From NCBI RefSeq assembly GCF_009834535.1, contig NC_045698.1, positions 9,240,001-9,304,000 on the forward strand: a stretch of 64,000 bases of DNA. The letters are read 5' to 3'. The notes beneath the pieces were generated by a model. That model was not told the DNA's origin. It worked only from the letters and a program-made list of their open reading frames with translations, and made no database searches. Positions 26,831 through 41,364 of the stretch are shown in pieces. A program made the position numbers and the translations under genes. Each line of letters begins with the position of its first letter. The first letter of the stretch is position 1. Source of the stretch: Camelus ferus. Taxonomy: Eukaryota.

Positions 26831-28479
26831 TTTAAGAAGAGAGAAATAATAGAATATTGGTATGCTTATGTGGAAAATTACATATGCAAGAGATACAAAG
26901 AGAGATGATATAATTCCTGAGAAGAATTCAATTTGTGGTCATATTTCTCAACCCTGGTCTCTCTTCTGCATTTCCAATCTTTTTGAAATGTATCATCCAT
27001 ATAGTTTTTGTCTTCTTTCTAGTGTTTGCTTCCTAAACTTAAACTTCACACCTCCTTATGTGGACAACTGAAGGAGACTAACACAATATTTAAGAACATG
27101 CTTCCACCAGTATATCTGCCACTGGAGTTTGTCAATCACAGGCCATTGCTGATTTATGTGTGGTTTTAATCATCCATCTACTCTGTCTGTGACCATCCTA
27201 CTTCAGTTTCCTGTGAAATCTGTCCTTGATTTTATTTTTTTTTTAAATTTCTGTGCACAAATTTAGTGCAGCAGCATATTATTTGGAAATTCTCCATCAT
27301 CTAGCACCTTGGTGGTGTAAATCAATAGAGAGGAGTTGGACAGGAACCATCCTTCACAGAACATTAATGCAATCTTTTCTTACATATTAATTCCACTGAC
27401 CAAATTAGGCTTTGAAGTAGTGCATGAAATCCTATTAGACAGATAATTATCTTGACTTTTTGCTCCAAGGTAAGTAATTTTTATCGAATACATTCTTATA
27501 GAGTGACTTACATGATGGAAAGTTTATCTAGAGTGGATATTACTAAATAGTTCTGTTGTTTTTTAGTTGTGTATTTGAGTGTATGTTTATGTGTGTTTTT
27601 AATTGTAATTGAGATAGCCTGTAGATGCCTTCATTGGTGATAAATTCTAACCTTTCAGGAAGATTGGGCTGTAATATTAATACAAAAAAATGCAATCTTG
27701 GCCTGCCTAAGGTTAATTTGTAGGTTTTTGAAGAAATTGAGTGGAATGAGTTGGTTATATCCTCAGAAGGATAATTTTACTTAGGCCTGTTCCATCTGAC
27801 TGAACACTTTTATTTACACATGAGAACAGTGACAAGCAATAAAAGCAATGCTTTCATTTGCACATGACAGTGACAGGCATTACTCGAAGCATGTCACACA
27901 TATTAATTTACTTAATGCTTACAATGAATCTAAACATAACATTCATTGGTCCATAGCCATGACTGAAATCCCACAGGGAAAATGTTGCCAGGTTCCTCGA
28001 AACAGAACCAGCATGTTCCTTGGTTAGAAGGCAGTTCTGCTGTCTGGGAATAGCTCCTAGAATAGATCTAATTCTTGAGAATGGATCCTTTCATGGTTTT
28101 CTCCCTGCTTCTTGGCTCTGCCTTCTTTGATGATGTTTCCTTTTGCCAAAGACTTGGCCTCTGTAAGTATATGAGTAGCTAGATAAGAGTTTGTATATGA
28201 ATAGCCTGCTTTCTGTTAACATGTGGTCAGGATCCAGAAGGCATTTTGCTATTTGAGCTGTCTCAGACACTTTTAGTCTAAGTCAGTAGGGTTCTTACCC
28301 ATATGCTACTCTAAAATTTTTGAAATGTGTGTGAATTGATTTGCGTTCACTTCATTTATCAAAAGCCACACTAAACATTTCCTTTATAGACAGATAGTTA
28401 CCATCTTATTTCAAAGACACATACCACCACATTCTTGGTTTTATCTTTGTTCACAGGCCTTGTTTCAATTCAAACTCTC

Positions 28480-28925
28480 TCATTGGCTTAGAAAACTAGA
28501 CTTTAACAACATGATTTTCCAATGGAAAACAACTGGCCCCATGTACTCCCTTTAAATTCTGCTTGAAAATTAATTCTTCCTTTAGCTCATTTTTCTCTTG
28601 TGGCGCCTTATCCAATTCAGTTCTGTGAACCCAGCTGACACTTTCAACAGTCTTTCTGGATCTATCTTTATCCAAATCCAGTTTCTTTAGTACATTTTAC
28701 ATCTTCTAAGATAATTCAGGTAACAGCTTTGGCACATGTTTCACTATTATTAATATCATTTTTCTTGACTCCAATTACATACACTATTTTCACTTATTTT
28801 GCAGTTTTTGCTAATAATTTATTCATCATTCTTCAAAGCCCACATGCCACTTGGTGTCAAAGCTAATTTCATACTTTTAGGATTTTATGATGGCAGGGCT
28901 ACATTTCTAATACCCCACTTCTAGA
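28480..28925 (-). mobile_element. MaLR internal (MLT1-int-like) fragment
   Basis: 'cactttcaaca...ctgga', 'aagctaatttcatacttttagg', 'taccccacttcta' resemble the antisense MLT1-int 5' region. Confidence 0.45.
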
Positions 28926-29583
28926 AGAGAATCAGTTCTACTATAAGAGAACTTGTAGTATGGAGAAGAAAATAGAGGACTACTGACTGAATAATACAGA
29001 AAAAAAGGTTTATATTTGTTTATGCTGATCTACATAAGGGCTGCCTGTTAATTTGTTCCTGTAAAACTGGAACAAATGCTTTCAGTGACACACTGAAAGC
29101 TTGATTTATGACCCTAATTGGTTAGACATTTACAGTCAGAAATAAAAAGTGAGGTATATCAAATAAAATATATGAATAATTTGATGTTAAGGTGGAACTA
29201 GCACAAGTAACAGAGTGATTATTCAAAATGGTCCTAAGACATCATTCCAAGCAAGGTGAATTTAAATGAATCCACATACTTAAGTTCTGAACTTGAAATA
29301 AAACTACAATAGTAACAAGAAGAAACACAAATCACAACAAAACAGAAATTTAAAATTCAAAAAGTGATGTAAGGTATACATACACAGAAAAAAAAAAAAC
29401 TGAATGACTGCATACTATTAAATATGTAGCTTAGAAGAATACATGTAAAAAAGAACATTGGGCTATGTGTCCAAAACATGTTGGTGGGAAAAAGATCACT
29501 GAATTTTGCAGTCCTCAACATCCATTCAAATAGAAAAGACTGAGTAACTGTTGCTATAAAGACACTTAAGATTTTTTTGTTGT

Positions 29584-29614
<31 letters not shown>

Positions 29615-29757
29615 AACTAAGGCGCCCCCAAACATATTTAAATTTAGAGCAGTTCTTATTGCTGATACGTATCTGTTGTTCAGTGATTCTGTCATCATTT
29701 AATGGAAGAACTCTTGTTTCCTGGCTACATATTCACTATTCTCCATTAGTTCTTCAG

Positions 29758-29775
29758 TCTGTCTGTCTATCTATA

Positions 29776-29828
<53 letters not shown>
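29758..29828. repeat. (TCTG)n(TCTA)n tetranucleotide microsatellite
   Basis: Direct inspection; produces the SIYL repeats in ORF 29659-29907. Confidence 0.95.
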
Positions 29829-29830
<2 letters not shown>

Positions 29831-31679
29831 ATATGGTAGTTTTTAATCTATGTTGCTATTCAGAGCTCTTACAGACAGATCTACTTATTGTTATATCATA
29901 TGAGTAAATAGGAGGCCAATGATTTTACACAAACATAGAGAAACAATTGTTTGGATGAAATATTTGGTGCCAGAATCTTACAATTGCACTACAGCCTTCA
30001 AGGAAGCACTCTATGGGTCAATGGTTGCCAGGTCCTTGAAGAGGAATATTTGCCTACCATTATGCACTGCAGGTCCTGTCATGATATCAAACAAATAATA
30101 AGTTTGTGGTAAGTATTTTCAATGAATTACATAAACTTAAATATTCGCTCTTTCAAACTGACCATACTTCAATAACATTTAGAAGGTTTTTTAAGCTGTT
30201 CAAAGACATTTCAAATAAAATTTACCTTAACAAATGACTCCCCAGGTTACATTACATAGCTTGATATAAGTGCTCAGAAAATCACTTTCTCCTTTTATAT
30301 TTATGTTATTCAGCATTACTTCTGGCCCTTTACAAAGTCTAACAATCATAGTTCTAGCACCATTTGTTTCAGCCAAAATGTGTCTTGAGCCCAAAAATTG
30401 GAAAGAAAAGGTCCATTTGATGTGGATTACAAGTCTTTCTGAATATGAGAAGGAAATAAGTTTGAACATTCTTTCAATAATGTATTATCAGATGCCGGCA
30501 TATTTATGTAGCGATACACAATTGTTGGCCTAGGATGTCTAATTTGGAGTGCCAGCTATGGTATTTTTATATATCAGCTTAAAAGAAAAGCTACAAACAC
30601 AAAATAAAATATATTACAAGTGAGAAGTGAGCCTTTATAAACTCCTGACTGATTTCTAAACTTTTTTTCTGTATGTTTATATAACCCACCAAAGTAACTG
30701 TGAACAAGGTAAATGGATTGCTTAGATAAAAATCAGGTTTTAATTCACATGGGATTCACCGTATTTGTTGCAGTGATTTTGAAATAACTGTTTCATAATG
30801 CATCAGTTTCAAGGAAAACAGGTAATAAATGTTCAAATTTTCTAGACTCAGTTTATTAAAGAAAACTATTGAATAAGAAAACGCTATGGAGTGCAGTTTT
30901 AAGATTTTTAGCTATAGTTTAACAAGTCAGCAATCAGAGAACACTAAAATACCATGATTTCTCCTAGCAAGGTAAACATATAAGATCGTATAACTAAACA
31001 CAATGAATTTTAATAATTATTTTAAATACTAAACATATAATCTCCTAACTGAATATAAATGCTTTAAACTTAGGTATGCCTATAATACATAGAAAATAAT
31101 ATACTTATCTTTAACATTTGACATTAATATTGGGATTATATTAAGTTGAAAATGTATAGAATACAAATATATATATATCTTTCTTATCTTGTAACTTTTG
31201 TATTTTTATCTTTTGTAATGGAAACAAAAAATATTTCTATTGTACACTTTCTTGTTTTATCTTCTCAGTAAAATATAAAACTATTTTGGACATACTTAAA
31301 ACACAGAAAATGGAAAGAAAAATATAGGTGACACAAGCACTTTACCTTTAAAGTTCTTATTTTTAAATATTCTAAGAAAAATAATTAGAAATTTATTTGA
31401 GCTTTTTGAAAAATCTGCAACCAAATCTTCTCTTTCTTTTCCTGAAGAAAACATTACTGCGAAGTTGGATAGTGTTCCTAAAATGTTTTTGTTTTATTGT
31501 TTTTCAATAATACATATGTAATATATCTATCCATAAATGAGTTCAAGTCCTATTTTGTTTGTTTAAAAATGCATGAAACAAGCACTGTCCTTTAAATCAA
31601 TGTATACTTTTTATTAACTTATTCTTTATAATTAATACCATATGTTCAAAACCATTCCTACTTTTTACTAAATAGACAG

Positions 31680-32712
31680 TATCTTTTGATGCACAAAATT
31701 TGGGTGAAGCTCAATTTATTCACTTTCTTTTGTTATTTATGCCTTTGACATGATGTTTAAGAAACCATTACTGATTTCAAACTCATAAAATTTACCCCTG
31801 TGTTTTCTTCTAAGTTATAGTGTTTTTAACTCTTGTATTTAGGTCTTTCATTTAGTTTGAGTATATTGTTAAATTTGGTAAAGTATGGGTCAAACATCAT
31901 TCTTTTGCAAGTTGGGAGTTGTCAGTCATTCAATTTGTTATTTTTCAAAATAATTTTAGCTATTCAGAGTGACTTGCAATTTTATATGAATTTTAGGATT
32001 AATTTTACCATTTCTGATAAAAGGCCATTAGGAATTGCACTGAATGTGACTGTGTTTTGCTGCTACTTTTCCAACTGGATAGCTTTTATTTGTTTTTCTT
32101 CTGAATTGATCTGGTTTGATTATCAGTACAATGTTGAATAGAAGCAGGGAAAATGAGCATTCTTGTCTTATTCCTGATCTTAGTGAGAAAAGCTTTCAAT
32201 TTTTCATCACTTAACATGAAGTCAGCTGTGGGTTGTATTATAAAGTCTCTTTATTATGTTGAGGAAATGTCTTTCTATTCCTAGTTTATTAATCGTTCTC
32301 ATTGTGAAAGGGAAATAGATTTCATCAAATACTTTTATTGCAGAAATTAAGATGAGTACATTTTTCTTTTCATTTTTGTTTTTATTGAAGTGATAGATTA
32401 CACTAAGGGAGTGTATTTATGTCAAACCACCCTTGCATTCCTGGAATAAATCCCACTTGGTCATAGTGTATTATGCCCTTAATATGCTGCTGCATTTGAT
32501 TTGCTAATATATTTGAGGATATTTGTATCTATAGTCATATGGGATATTGGCTTGTCATTTTCTTTTCTTTTGGTATCTTTTTTCTGTAATTTGTATCACA
32601 GTAGTGGTGGCCTCATAGAATGATCTAGGAGCATTCCTCCCTATTCTGTTTGTTGGAAGACTTTGGGAAGGACTGATGTTACTTCTACTTCAAATGTTGT
32701 AGAATTCACATT
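31680..32712 (-). mobile_element. Old L1 (L1MC/L1M) ORF2 fragment
   Basis: 'tgttttcttctaag', 'gtacaatgttgaatagaag', 'ttcctgatctt', 'ccttgcattcctggaataaatcccacttggtcatagtgtat', 'ggcctcatagaatga'. Confidence 0.9.
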
Positions 32713-32724
32713 GATGTCTCTGAA

Positions 32725-32955
32725 AATTTGCCACAGTCTAAAGGAACCTAAAGAGACATGACAAGTAAATATAATGGAGTATTTTGCATAGGATCCTGGA
32801 ACTGAGAAAAAAATGCACTAGTTAAAAATCTAAGAGAATCTTAAGAAAATATAGACTTAGCTAATAATAAGACAGTAATTGAGTGCGAGTGTATATAGAA
32901 ACCCTTTGTAATATCTTTTCACTTTTTCTAAGTGGAAATTTGCTTTAAAATGCAG
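32725..32955 (+). mobile_element. L1MC-like 3' UTR fragment
   Basis: 'taaagagacatgacaagtaaat...ggatcctggaac...gtatatagaaaccctttgtaatatctt'. Confidence 0.7.
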
Positions 32956-33919
32956 TCATCCATTTTTTAAAAGTCACTTATGAGGTGTGAAAAGCACCTC
33001 TACAATTTTCACATGTTACAATCCTTTTATTAGTTTAATGCCCAACGTTGGTGATATCTCACTGTCTCAAATATCTCCAAAATATTGAGCAAGAATAGCT
33101 TTAAAGGCTTGCTATAAATATACTCGATGTGAAGAAACAATCATTTCTCTTGCCTGTTGTGCTATAATAATCACGGCAGTACAAAGGCACTGGAAGCCAT
33201 AGCTTCTGTTTATCAAAGAACTATTTACTTAAGTATAATTTTGTGATAAAACAAAAAGTAACATACAAAATCATCCAATGGTAAACAAATTTTATTCCTT
33301 TTTTAGCTTGTGAACATCTTTACTATTATAAGTTGACTCATATAGCCATAATTGCTATAAAAATTAGAGACAAGATGCTCGTTGTCACAATAATGATTGG
33401 ATGTTATTGCCAAATGCTCAGGAAGATAATGTTTACAAACAGTGCTAGTTTCACAGTTCTCTATAGGGAGCTCTTAAATATATACACATAATTAAAGATA
33501 AGATGCTTTTAAGCCACATATTCTATACAGAAGAACTCAGAACACTTTTTACTAACAATTAAGATAAGGCAGTAGTGTATACTAATTTCTATTATATTTA
33601 TTTATGTGTTTATTTTACATATCTGTTAAAGATGCATGCTTTCCAAACCAACTCCTCTCTCTGACCTTCAGAAATCCTTTCATTAATCTCTACTTGTCCC
33701 CATCTACAACATTCCAGGCATTTTCTACTATCTACAGGTTCCAAATGCTATCTTTACCATTTCTTTTTGGAGAGGACCCTTTGTTGTACTTTACTGGGAA
33801 TTTAGAGATCACCTGATGGGACCACTTGAAATTTACTGCCTCTTTACCCTTAAAAATGTATTTTCACTGATATTCATCGACCTAAACATGGCATTCTTTC
33901 TACCATCTGGACTTAGATG

Positions 33920-33928
33920 GTGTGTGTT

Positions 33929-33959
<31 letters not shown>

Positions 33960-33963
33960 ATGT
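33920..33963. repeat. Imperfect (TG)n microsatellite
   Basis: Direct inspection. Confidence 0.9.
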
Positions 33964-36900
33964 AGCTTTGTTTTCCTCCATTTCTGAAAACAATCTTGCT
34001 CTTTAATATGCAACCTCTAAGAAAACTGGAGTTTTATCTATTTTTTTATTTCTGTATTCCTATGTTTAGAACAGTGCTTTTGTGTAGCCAAGGCTCTGAT
34101 TATTTTTAATGAGATGACTGTAATTATTTACTTATAATTAAGTAATTATAAAATTATTTTTATATTTTAATCATATACTTTTAACTTTTTCTTGTTCAAT
34201 CAGCAGTTACAGACTACATCACAGAAGGGCTTTTTATTCCCTCTCTTATTTTGGGTCCTTTCTTTAATGGATGAGTTCTTTGAAATAGCAATCTGTAGTC
34301 ACTTTTGCATAAACATTAAGGTATTAAGGAGTTGTAATCTGTATTTTATCTTCTCTATCCTCAAAAACTTCTTTCTCAAAGTATCCTAAATAGTATATAC
34401 TAAAGGGTTTTCATTGTTTTATATACTTTGACTTCTGCTGTTACCAAAACTTTTAAGCCGACAAGTTGTACAAGATAAAAATATTTTTGATATAATCTTT
34501 TATATAGTGAAATTCATTAGTCTTATATCTTCTGTACTTCTGTTTACAGTGAAGTTTTAAATTCATTAGGAATTTTTTTTGGAGTATTATAAAATACAAA
34601 TGTGATTTTACTCTTTTCCAACTGGTTAACTGGTCGTTTTTAGGATTAGTATTAATATTTTATAGAAAAGAGATTCAAATACTCATGTCAATTTATTGCA
34701 AAATATAGTTTTTATATTTGTAAAACCATTGAAGAAAGAATTATATTTATAATTTAGAAACTATTCTATATTAATTCAAATGTATTACCAAGGGAGAATA
34801 CCTTACATTTCAGATCCTAGACTATGAACAGAAAAAGAGATTTTATTTCTTCTATAAAATCAGCCAGATACTTATTTTCAATACAAATGGACAATGATAA
34901 AAAAAAAAAAGTCTCATTTTTGACATATTAAAAAGAGCTCTTCCCTGGGGTGGATATGTGACTCAGTCCTGCTAGATTTCTTGAACTGAATAGCCATACT
35001 TTTCAAAAGATGTTAAAATTATAGATAAAGAAATAATTGAAAACTATCATATTGACAGCAAGAAGAAAGAGAATTTTCTTAAAACAAACAGTATAATCAA
35101 ACATCAACTAAAACACTTAAAAATTTCAGAACTTAGCACTTTTTATTTATAAATATAATTTTTATTCTTGTTTGAAAATAATTTTCAAGTTTTTCTATTA
35201 AAGATCATTGTCCAAAGATCAGTAAGCAAGCTGATTTTTCTTTCATGAGCTATGAAATTTAGTTAAAGCTTTTGGTATATTTTGCTGTATTTTTATAAAA
35301 TGGCATTTTTCAAAAAAGTTTAAATATAAATTTTGTAAATAGATCATTATTAAAAATTAAATTACCAATGTTTATGGCTTTATACATAGATGAATAACAC
35401 AAAAGCTACAAATTATTAATAATATTAAAATATTAAATAATTATCAGCTGCATATATCTTGCTATTATAATTTTAAAATACTCAAAATGTTTCTTACAAA
35501 CATCTAAAATAAATTTAATTATATTAAGCAAATGAAGTTTCTTTATTTTTAATCAAATGTATATATATAAATTATATTTCCCTTTTTTAATTCAACTGAA
35601 TAAATACATACATAAATGCAGAACATAAATGTATATGTAGCATTTAAATATACAGAAATATCAGATTCTTATTTTTTCCTTAAGTCATGTTTATTTGTTA
35701 TTATAGTGGCATAAGAAGAGAATACAGAATTTTAAATTCTGAAACTTGAACAATTTATCTCTGTATTAGTTTTAGTGACTTTCTTTTACCATACATATTT
35801 GATTTATGACAAGAAAAATCTGCATTAATTTAACTGCTAGTCACTGACATGATATAGGTCCCTGCCTCTTTCAAAAGACTTAGATTCTTCAGATTTGACA
35901 TGTATCTAATGTTATAAACAAGTACCCTATAGAATATACTAATGGAGTAATAAAATGTATGTTAATACAATTTAGTGTACTTTTCCTCTGTTTAGGATTT
36001 GATATTTCAGCTGCTGAATTAATAAAAGGTTATTTCCTGGAAATCCATGTGGGCCTAATTTACAAGCACATGAAGATCTGCTAAGAAATACAACCTTATT
36101 TCAAAATCACCTCAAAGGGTCAATAAAGCTGGTATCAGGGCTGTTCAACTAAGCAGGTTGCAAGTAGAGGTCCTTACACAGTGGTCCCTACAGAGTTACA
36201 AGAGTAACATATGAGACATATTTGAATGCTTGTTGAATATACAGAGTCCTTATCTCTGCTCAAAGTTTCTGCATAAAAACTTGAGAGTGATCGTAATATG
36301 TACATTTGGGAAGTACTTCTTGAGCTGACATTCTGCCAACATACGGAGGGCATCATAGAAAATATGCATCGTAGTATTCACATATAATTGTTTCTTAAGT
36401 ATTTGTGTATTGTAGTATATTATGTTATCAAATCATGTATCCCAATATTCAGAAAGTAGTTGAAGAAAGTATATGTAATATGCTGTCTGAATTATTCTCT
36501 CAGCCTCTGTCTCTCTCTGTCTCTCTACCTCAGTTTGTCTCTCAGGCACACACGCATGCACACACATACATGCATGTGTTTTTAATGAAGGGAGTAATGG
36601 TGAGATTCTTTGTTGCTTTAATAGCCCAATTGCTAATTTGGCATTTATTTCTGGATCTGACTAATAATAATGTAGATCAAGGAGTATGTAATAATACTCA
36701 ATTCACTCAGATTATCAACAGACCATTTTCTGAGTGCACATTTAAAAGATGGTTATTTATTTGAAAACAATTTAGTAGACATTTTGAATATTTTCAATAT
36801 CTCTGAGTACTTTTGGTGATTATAAATTAGCTATTTAGCAGAATGCTAATATGTAGGTTGGCAATACCAATTAACCAATATTTCCTTGTGATATATTATT

Positions 36901-38788
36901 ACACTGCTTAGGGCTTAGTATTATTTTGGAAGGCAAATCTAGATATTTAAGGCCCATCTGAGCGCCACTGTAATAAGTAACACAGTTCAGCATCTTTCAG
37001 GTTTTCCATCACATAATTTGAGAAAAAGGATGAGACAGTTGCAGTGGGCCCAGAGACAAGCAACCCTCAATAGTCTGACTCACTAACTCCTGGCGTAAAA
37101 GCAGCCACTCATGCGTCATTATTTGTATAGTAAACAAGAAGCAATCATGAAGATTTGAAGAGAAAAAAAGAATAGTTTCAGGTGAATTCATGAACAGTAA
37201 GTAGAGGACCATCAAGTGGAAGAGAGAGAAAATTGGCCAAGGGCAACCTGGGCAAAGGCCAAGATGAAGTTAAGTTCATGAAGCTGAAAGTTTGCAGTGA
37301 TGACAGTACTGCCTGTCGGCCATATTGGTAGAAGCGAAAATCCCTGTCTCCGTTTTACACAGTGGTGATTGATGGTTAACACACAATGAAGGTATTGGGA
37401 GATCTGGTTAAATTAGTTCCCTTGGAATATAACCCTTCATAGCATTTAAAGAACCACTGTCTCTAACTCAGTGCCCTCAAGGTACCTAACTAACTGTACA
37501 AATATATTTTAGTAACTATGAGAAAAATGACTAGACAAAAATCAATAAATTAGGGAATTGATGGAGCCAAGTGTTAAGCCTATTTTCATTTTCTAAATTG
37601 CAGAAAGGATAATTGGATGATTTATGCCAGTTGCCTTCCTTTGACAAGGAGCCATGCCTGCTTTGAGCTATTAGTTTCATTCCCAAATACGTTTTTTGTG
37701 GGTTGATGCATGTCGTCTAATCTCATTTCTTTCTACTTGTTGAATTGTTGTTTTAACCTAAGCAGTGTCTTCAGTGAATCTTATATGCACCACTTGATTG
37801 AGGCCCAACCCAGTGAGAGATCAAGTGAAACTCTAATTGACCATCTTCCTCTGACAATGTTAACATTGTCCCTTGTGTACCAAACACTTGGCCGTTAAGA
37901 AGCTTTATATTGTCAACTAATCCTCTGCCGGTGTTTTTTATCTCTTAACTCCCTGGTACTTCATTTCCCCAAATAATGCAGGTGGATTTTTATTTTAGTT
38001 TACTGGACACTATTGTAAATTGACTGGTTTGGTGATCCAAAGCATCATGATCATCCTTTATAAACATGCATACTAATTTCATTCAACATTAACTTAACTA
38101 ATATGACAACGGCATCCTCAGAGCCAGTTTCATATCCTTGGATCCTTGGAATACATTGATGAAAAGAAAATATTGCCACTTGTCATCTATTAAAAGAGAC
38201 AGAAACTTCTAAAATAAAAATAATGTACTGACAGTGCTAGCAAAGAGGTGTGCCCCCTCACACCTCCCTTCAAATTACTGTGAGTAATCATTTGTTATGG
38301 AAATCATTTGCTTTGAATTTCCTATGGAAGCTAAAGAAATCACATGCTTCTATATTTTATATATACACACAAAATAACATTCATACCCTAATTTGCTATT
38401 CAGGACTTCTCAGTCTTCTCTAAAATCACCTTTCCAGTACAATTACTGTGTTATTTCCCTGCATTGACCTTCTGTATATCCAACACTGTACCACTGTTCT
38501 CTATACCATTTCAATGGAGCACACATGCCTTATGATGACATGTTTCTAAGTGACGTTCATCCCACTGGGTCTGGAACAAATGATAACTTTTCTTGGAATC
38601 TTTTCCCAATACCACTGATTGATACCAAAATTCTTCTGCTAAATTTAGCTATGCTTCTCTCTTGATATGTCTCATATACCTCTTTAATTACAGTTTTCTG
38701 TCTCTATTTTTAATCTGTCAAACATGGCATAAGTTACTAGACATAAAAATAATAATAGCATTAACCTTAAAAACAATACCGGCTAATC

Positions 38789-39275
38789 TTTTTTAAAGAA
38801 TATATTTGATGTATAACAATGTGTAAATTTAAGGTATAAAAATATTAATTTGACACATGTATATATTGCAATATAATTGCCAATGTAGCAATAATTAGCT
38901 CCTCTATCACATTACAAAATTATCCTTCCTTTTTAGTAGTTGGAATCATTAAGTTCAAGTATCTTAAGAAGTTTGATGGTTATAATACAACATTATTTTT
39001 TGTATTTACTAAACTGGGCCTTAGATCTCTAGGGCTTTGGTGAGAATGCGAACTGGTTCATCCACTATGGAAAACAGTATGAAAGCTCCTCAGAAAATCA
39101 AAAACTGATCTACCGTATGATCAGCAATTCCACTTCCAGGTGTATAACCAAAGGAAATAAAAATGGGATATTGAGATATCTGCACTCCTACGTTTACTGC
39201 AGCATCATTCACAACAGCCAAGATACGGAAACAACCTTAGTTCTCATCAGGGGATAGATGGATAAAAATGATGTG
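38789..39275 (-). mobile_element. L1MA9-like insertion with 5' inversion (3' end on minus 38789-39037; ORF2 C-terminal piece on plus 39038-39275)
   Basis: Antisense 3' end 'tgtgtaaatttaaggtat...ttagatctctag' abuts sense 'tggtgagaatg...ccactatggaaaacagtatg...cagcaattccacttc...gatggataaa'. Confidence 0.85.
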
Positions 39276-41160
39276 TTCATCTCACTAGACAAGAGCTAGA
39301 ATCACAAATTTCTGCTAGATAATTCCTTCTCCATCTAGGACATGCTGAAAGGACTGAGGGGCAAAATGATTAAGCTTCCTAGGGCCCTATTGTTAAATTA
39401 AGAGGATTTGAGACAAAACTAATCTTAAAGCAAGGAGAGAGAAAACAAGAGAGTGAGAGTGACAGAGGGAGAGACAGACAGACAGACACAGAAATGTTCA
39501 AATTTAATACTCTATCATCAGGCTTCTCAAAATTTAGTAGTAAAATTGATTTTTTCTTGAGGATGGAAAAAATTCAATTGTCTTTAAACAACACTTTAGC
39601 CAACATAAATTTTAGTATTTTAAATAGACAACTGAAATACACAAATCAATCATTACCCCCTTTATTTCTGACCATTCTTATCTTTCAGATGCTCATATTT
39701 TCTGTCATTTTACCTGATTTTTTTTTCCTTTTTTTATTTATAGATCCACTTCACAGCTCATTTGCTGGCAATATCATATAATTGGTTTTCTCTTTGATGT
39801 GTTCTGAATACCTGGTTTTAGGTTAGGAGCTTGAACAATGGAGCACATATCTCTGTCTGCCCAATAAACCAAATTTATGGCAAAAAAGCTTGATTTTTAA
39901 GCTCTCATAGACAAGGAGGGCAATTTATCTTTTGCTTCCATTGAGTTCATTTCACATATTGGGGAAATCTGTTCTGGATAATCTAAAACCTTTTTTCCAT
40001 CCACTTCCTCTTAGCTTTTTTTCATCAATTATCCCCTTTGTTTCTGTTTGTTTGTTTGTTTTGAAGGTCAGAGACTAAGGGAAAAAACTGCCTTTATTTA
40101 TAACCCCTCATTTTTTTCTTTCATTATTAATTATCTGTTTGAAAGTAGTAGACAATAAATGCCTCTACTTCTTTATGCCCGTTCAATAAACTTAAAAAAA
40201 TCTAAGACGGTTTAGCATCATTTATTTGTCAATGTTTCCCTGTACCTCAATAAACTCTTATACCAAGGAGAGTGATGCTGACACCATCAGGCCTGCCATC
40301 CTTAACTCCTTGTAGCATTTTATCTTCATGACCACAACCTCTAACCTTGAAATGTCCTCTTAAGTCTGATCTTTTTTCCAGACTCTGTATCATGTCTTAT
40401 TTATGTCAAATTGAATACTGAATTATAAATTTATCTCTGGTTGATATCTTCCATATGTCATTCTCCCTCCACTTCGTCCATACATTTACCTCTAAGTATC
40501 TCCTCTCTCTTGTTAACTGATTATATAGGTAATTCCCAAATCTGCAGATAGCTCCACCTTCTGAGATCTAGTCCAGAATCTTCAACTACTCCTTTGGAAT
40601 TTCCTATAAGGCCCCATTATCTGTAAAGAAAAAACTAAACAAAGCAAAGAAACAAAAACAAAAATCCCCAAAACACGTTCTCAAAGTCATCCTCTTGAGT
40701 TTCCCACTAAGAAAAATAGCACAGAGGTTATCAGTGCTCCCTGGTAAACACATGTTTCAGATACAAGTACAAGCTCCATGATAGCTCCCACATCTACACC
40801 CTTCTGACCTCTTCTAATGCTTACCATTGCTCATGGAGCTGAACACTTACTACTTCACTCTGGTAGGTATTTATCAAGTACCAGCTATGAGCAGGCATTG
40901 CCCTGGGTCCTGGAACATAAAGATGAAAAAGATAGTGGTAACACATAGTTTAAATTTTCAACAAGCCCATCTATTTGACATTCATATTATTATATATATG
41001 AATTTGTGGATATTTTCCTATGATTTAAAGTAAAAATGACACAGAAAAAAATCACGATATAAAACATATCTCCATAGCATTTTCCATCAATATGCTCAAA
41101 TACGTTATATCTTATGTTATATATATATTTTTTACTGTTCCAAGTCTTACAAATATTTAA

Positions 41161-41364
41161 TTTTTTTTAACTTTTTTATTGATTTATAATCATTTTACAA
41201 TGTTGTGTCAAATTCCAGTGTTCAGCACAATTTTTCAGTCATACATGGACGTATACACACTCATTGTCACATTTTTTTCTCTGTGAGCTACCATAACATT
41301 TTGTATATATTTCCCTGTGCTATACAGTATAATCTTGTTTGTCTATTCTACAATTTTGAAATCC
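41161..41364 (-). mobile_element. Young (camelid-type) L1 3' end, 5' truncated
   Basis: Poly-T then 'ttttacaatgttgtgtcaaattccagtgt...tttccctgtgctatacagtataatcttg...ctacaattttgaaatcc'; homologous to the element at 1264-1430. Confidence 0.9.

Noticed and set aside
34400..36000. Very AT-rich tract (S/MAR-like)
   Set aside because: Composition alone is not diagnostic; likely decayed L1 and low-complexity DNA.
40772..40840. 10-bp inverted repeat agctccatga / tcatggagct
   Set aside because: With a ~50-nt spacer, such matches are expected by chance in 64 kb.
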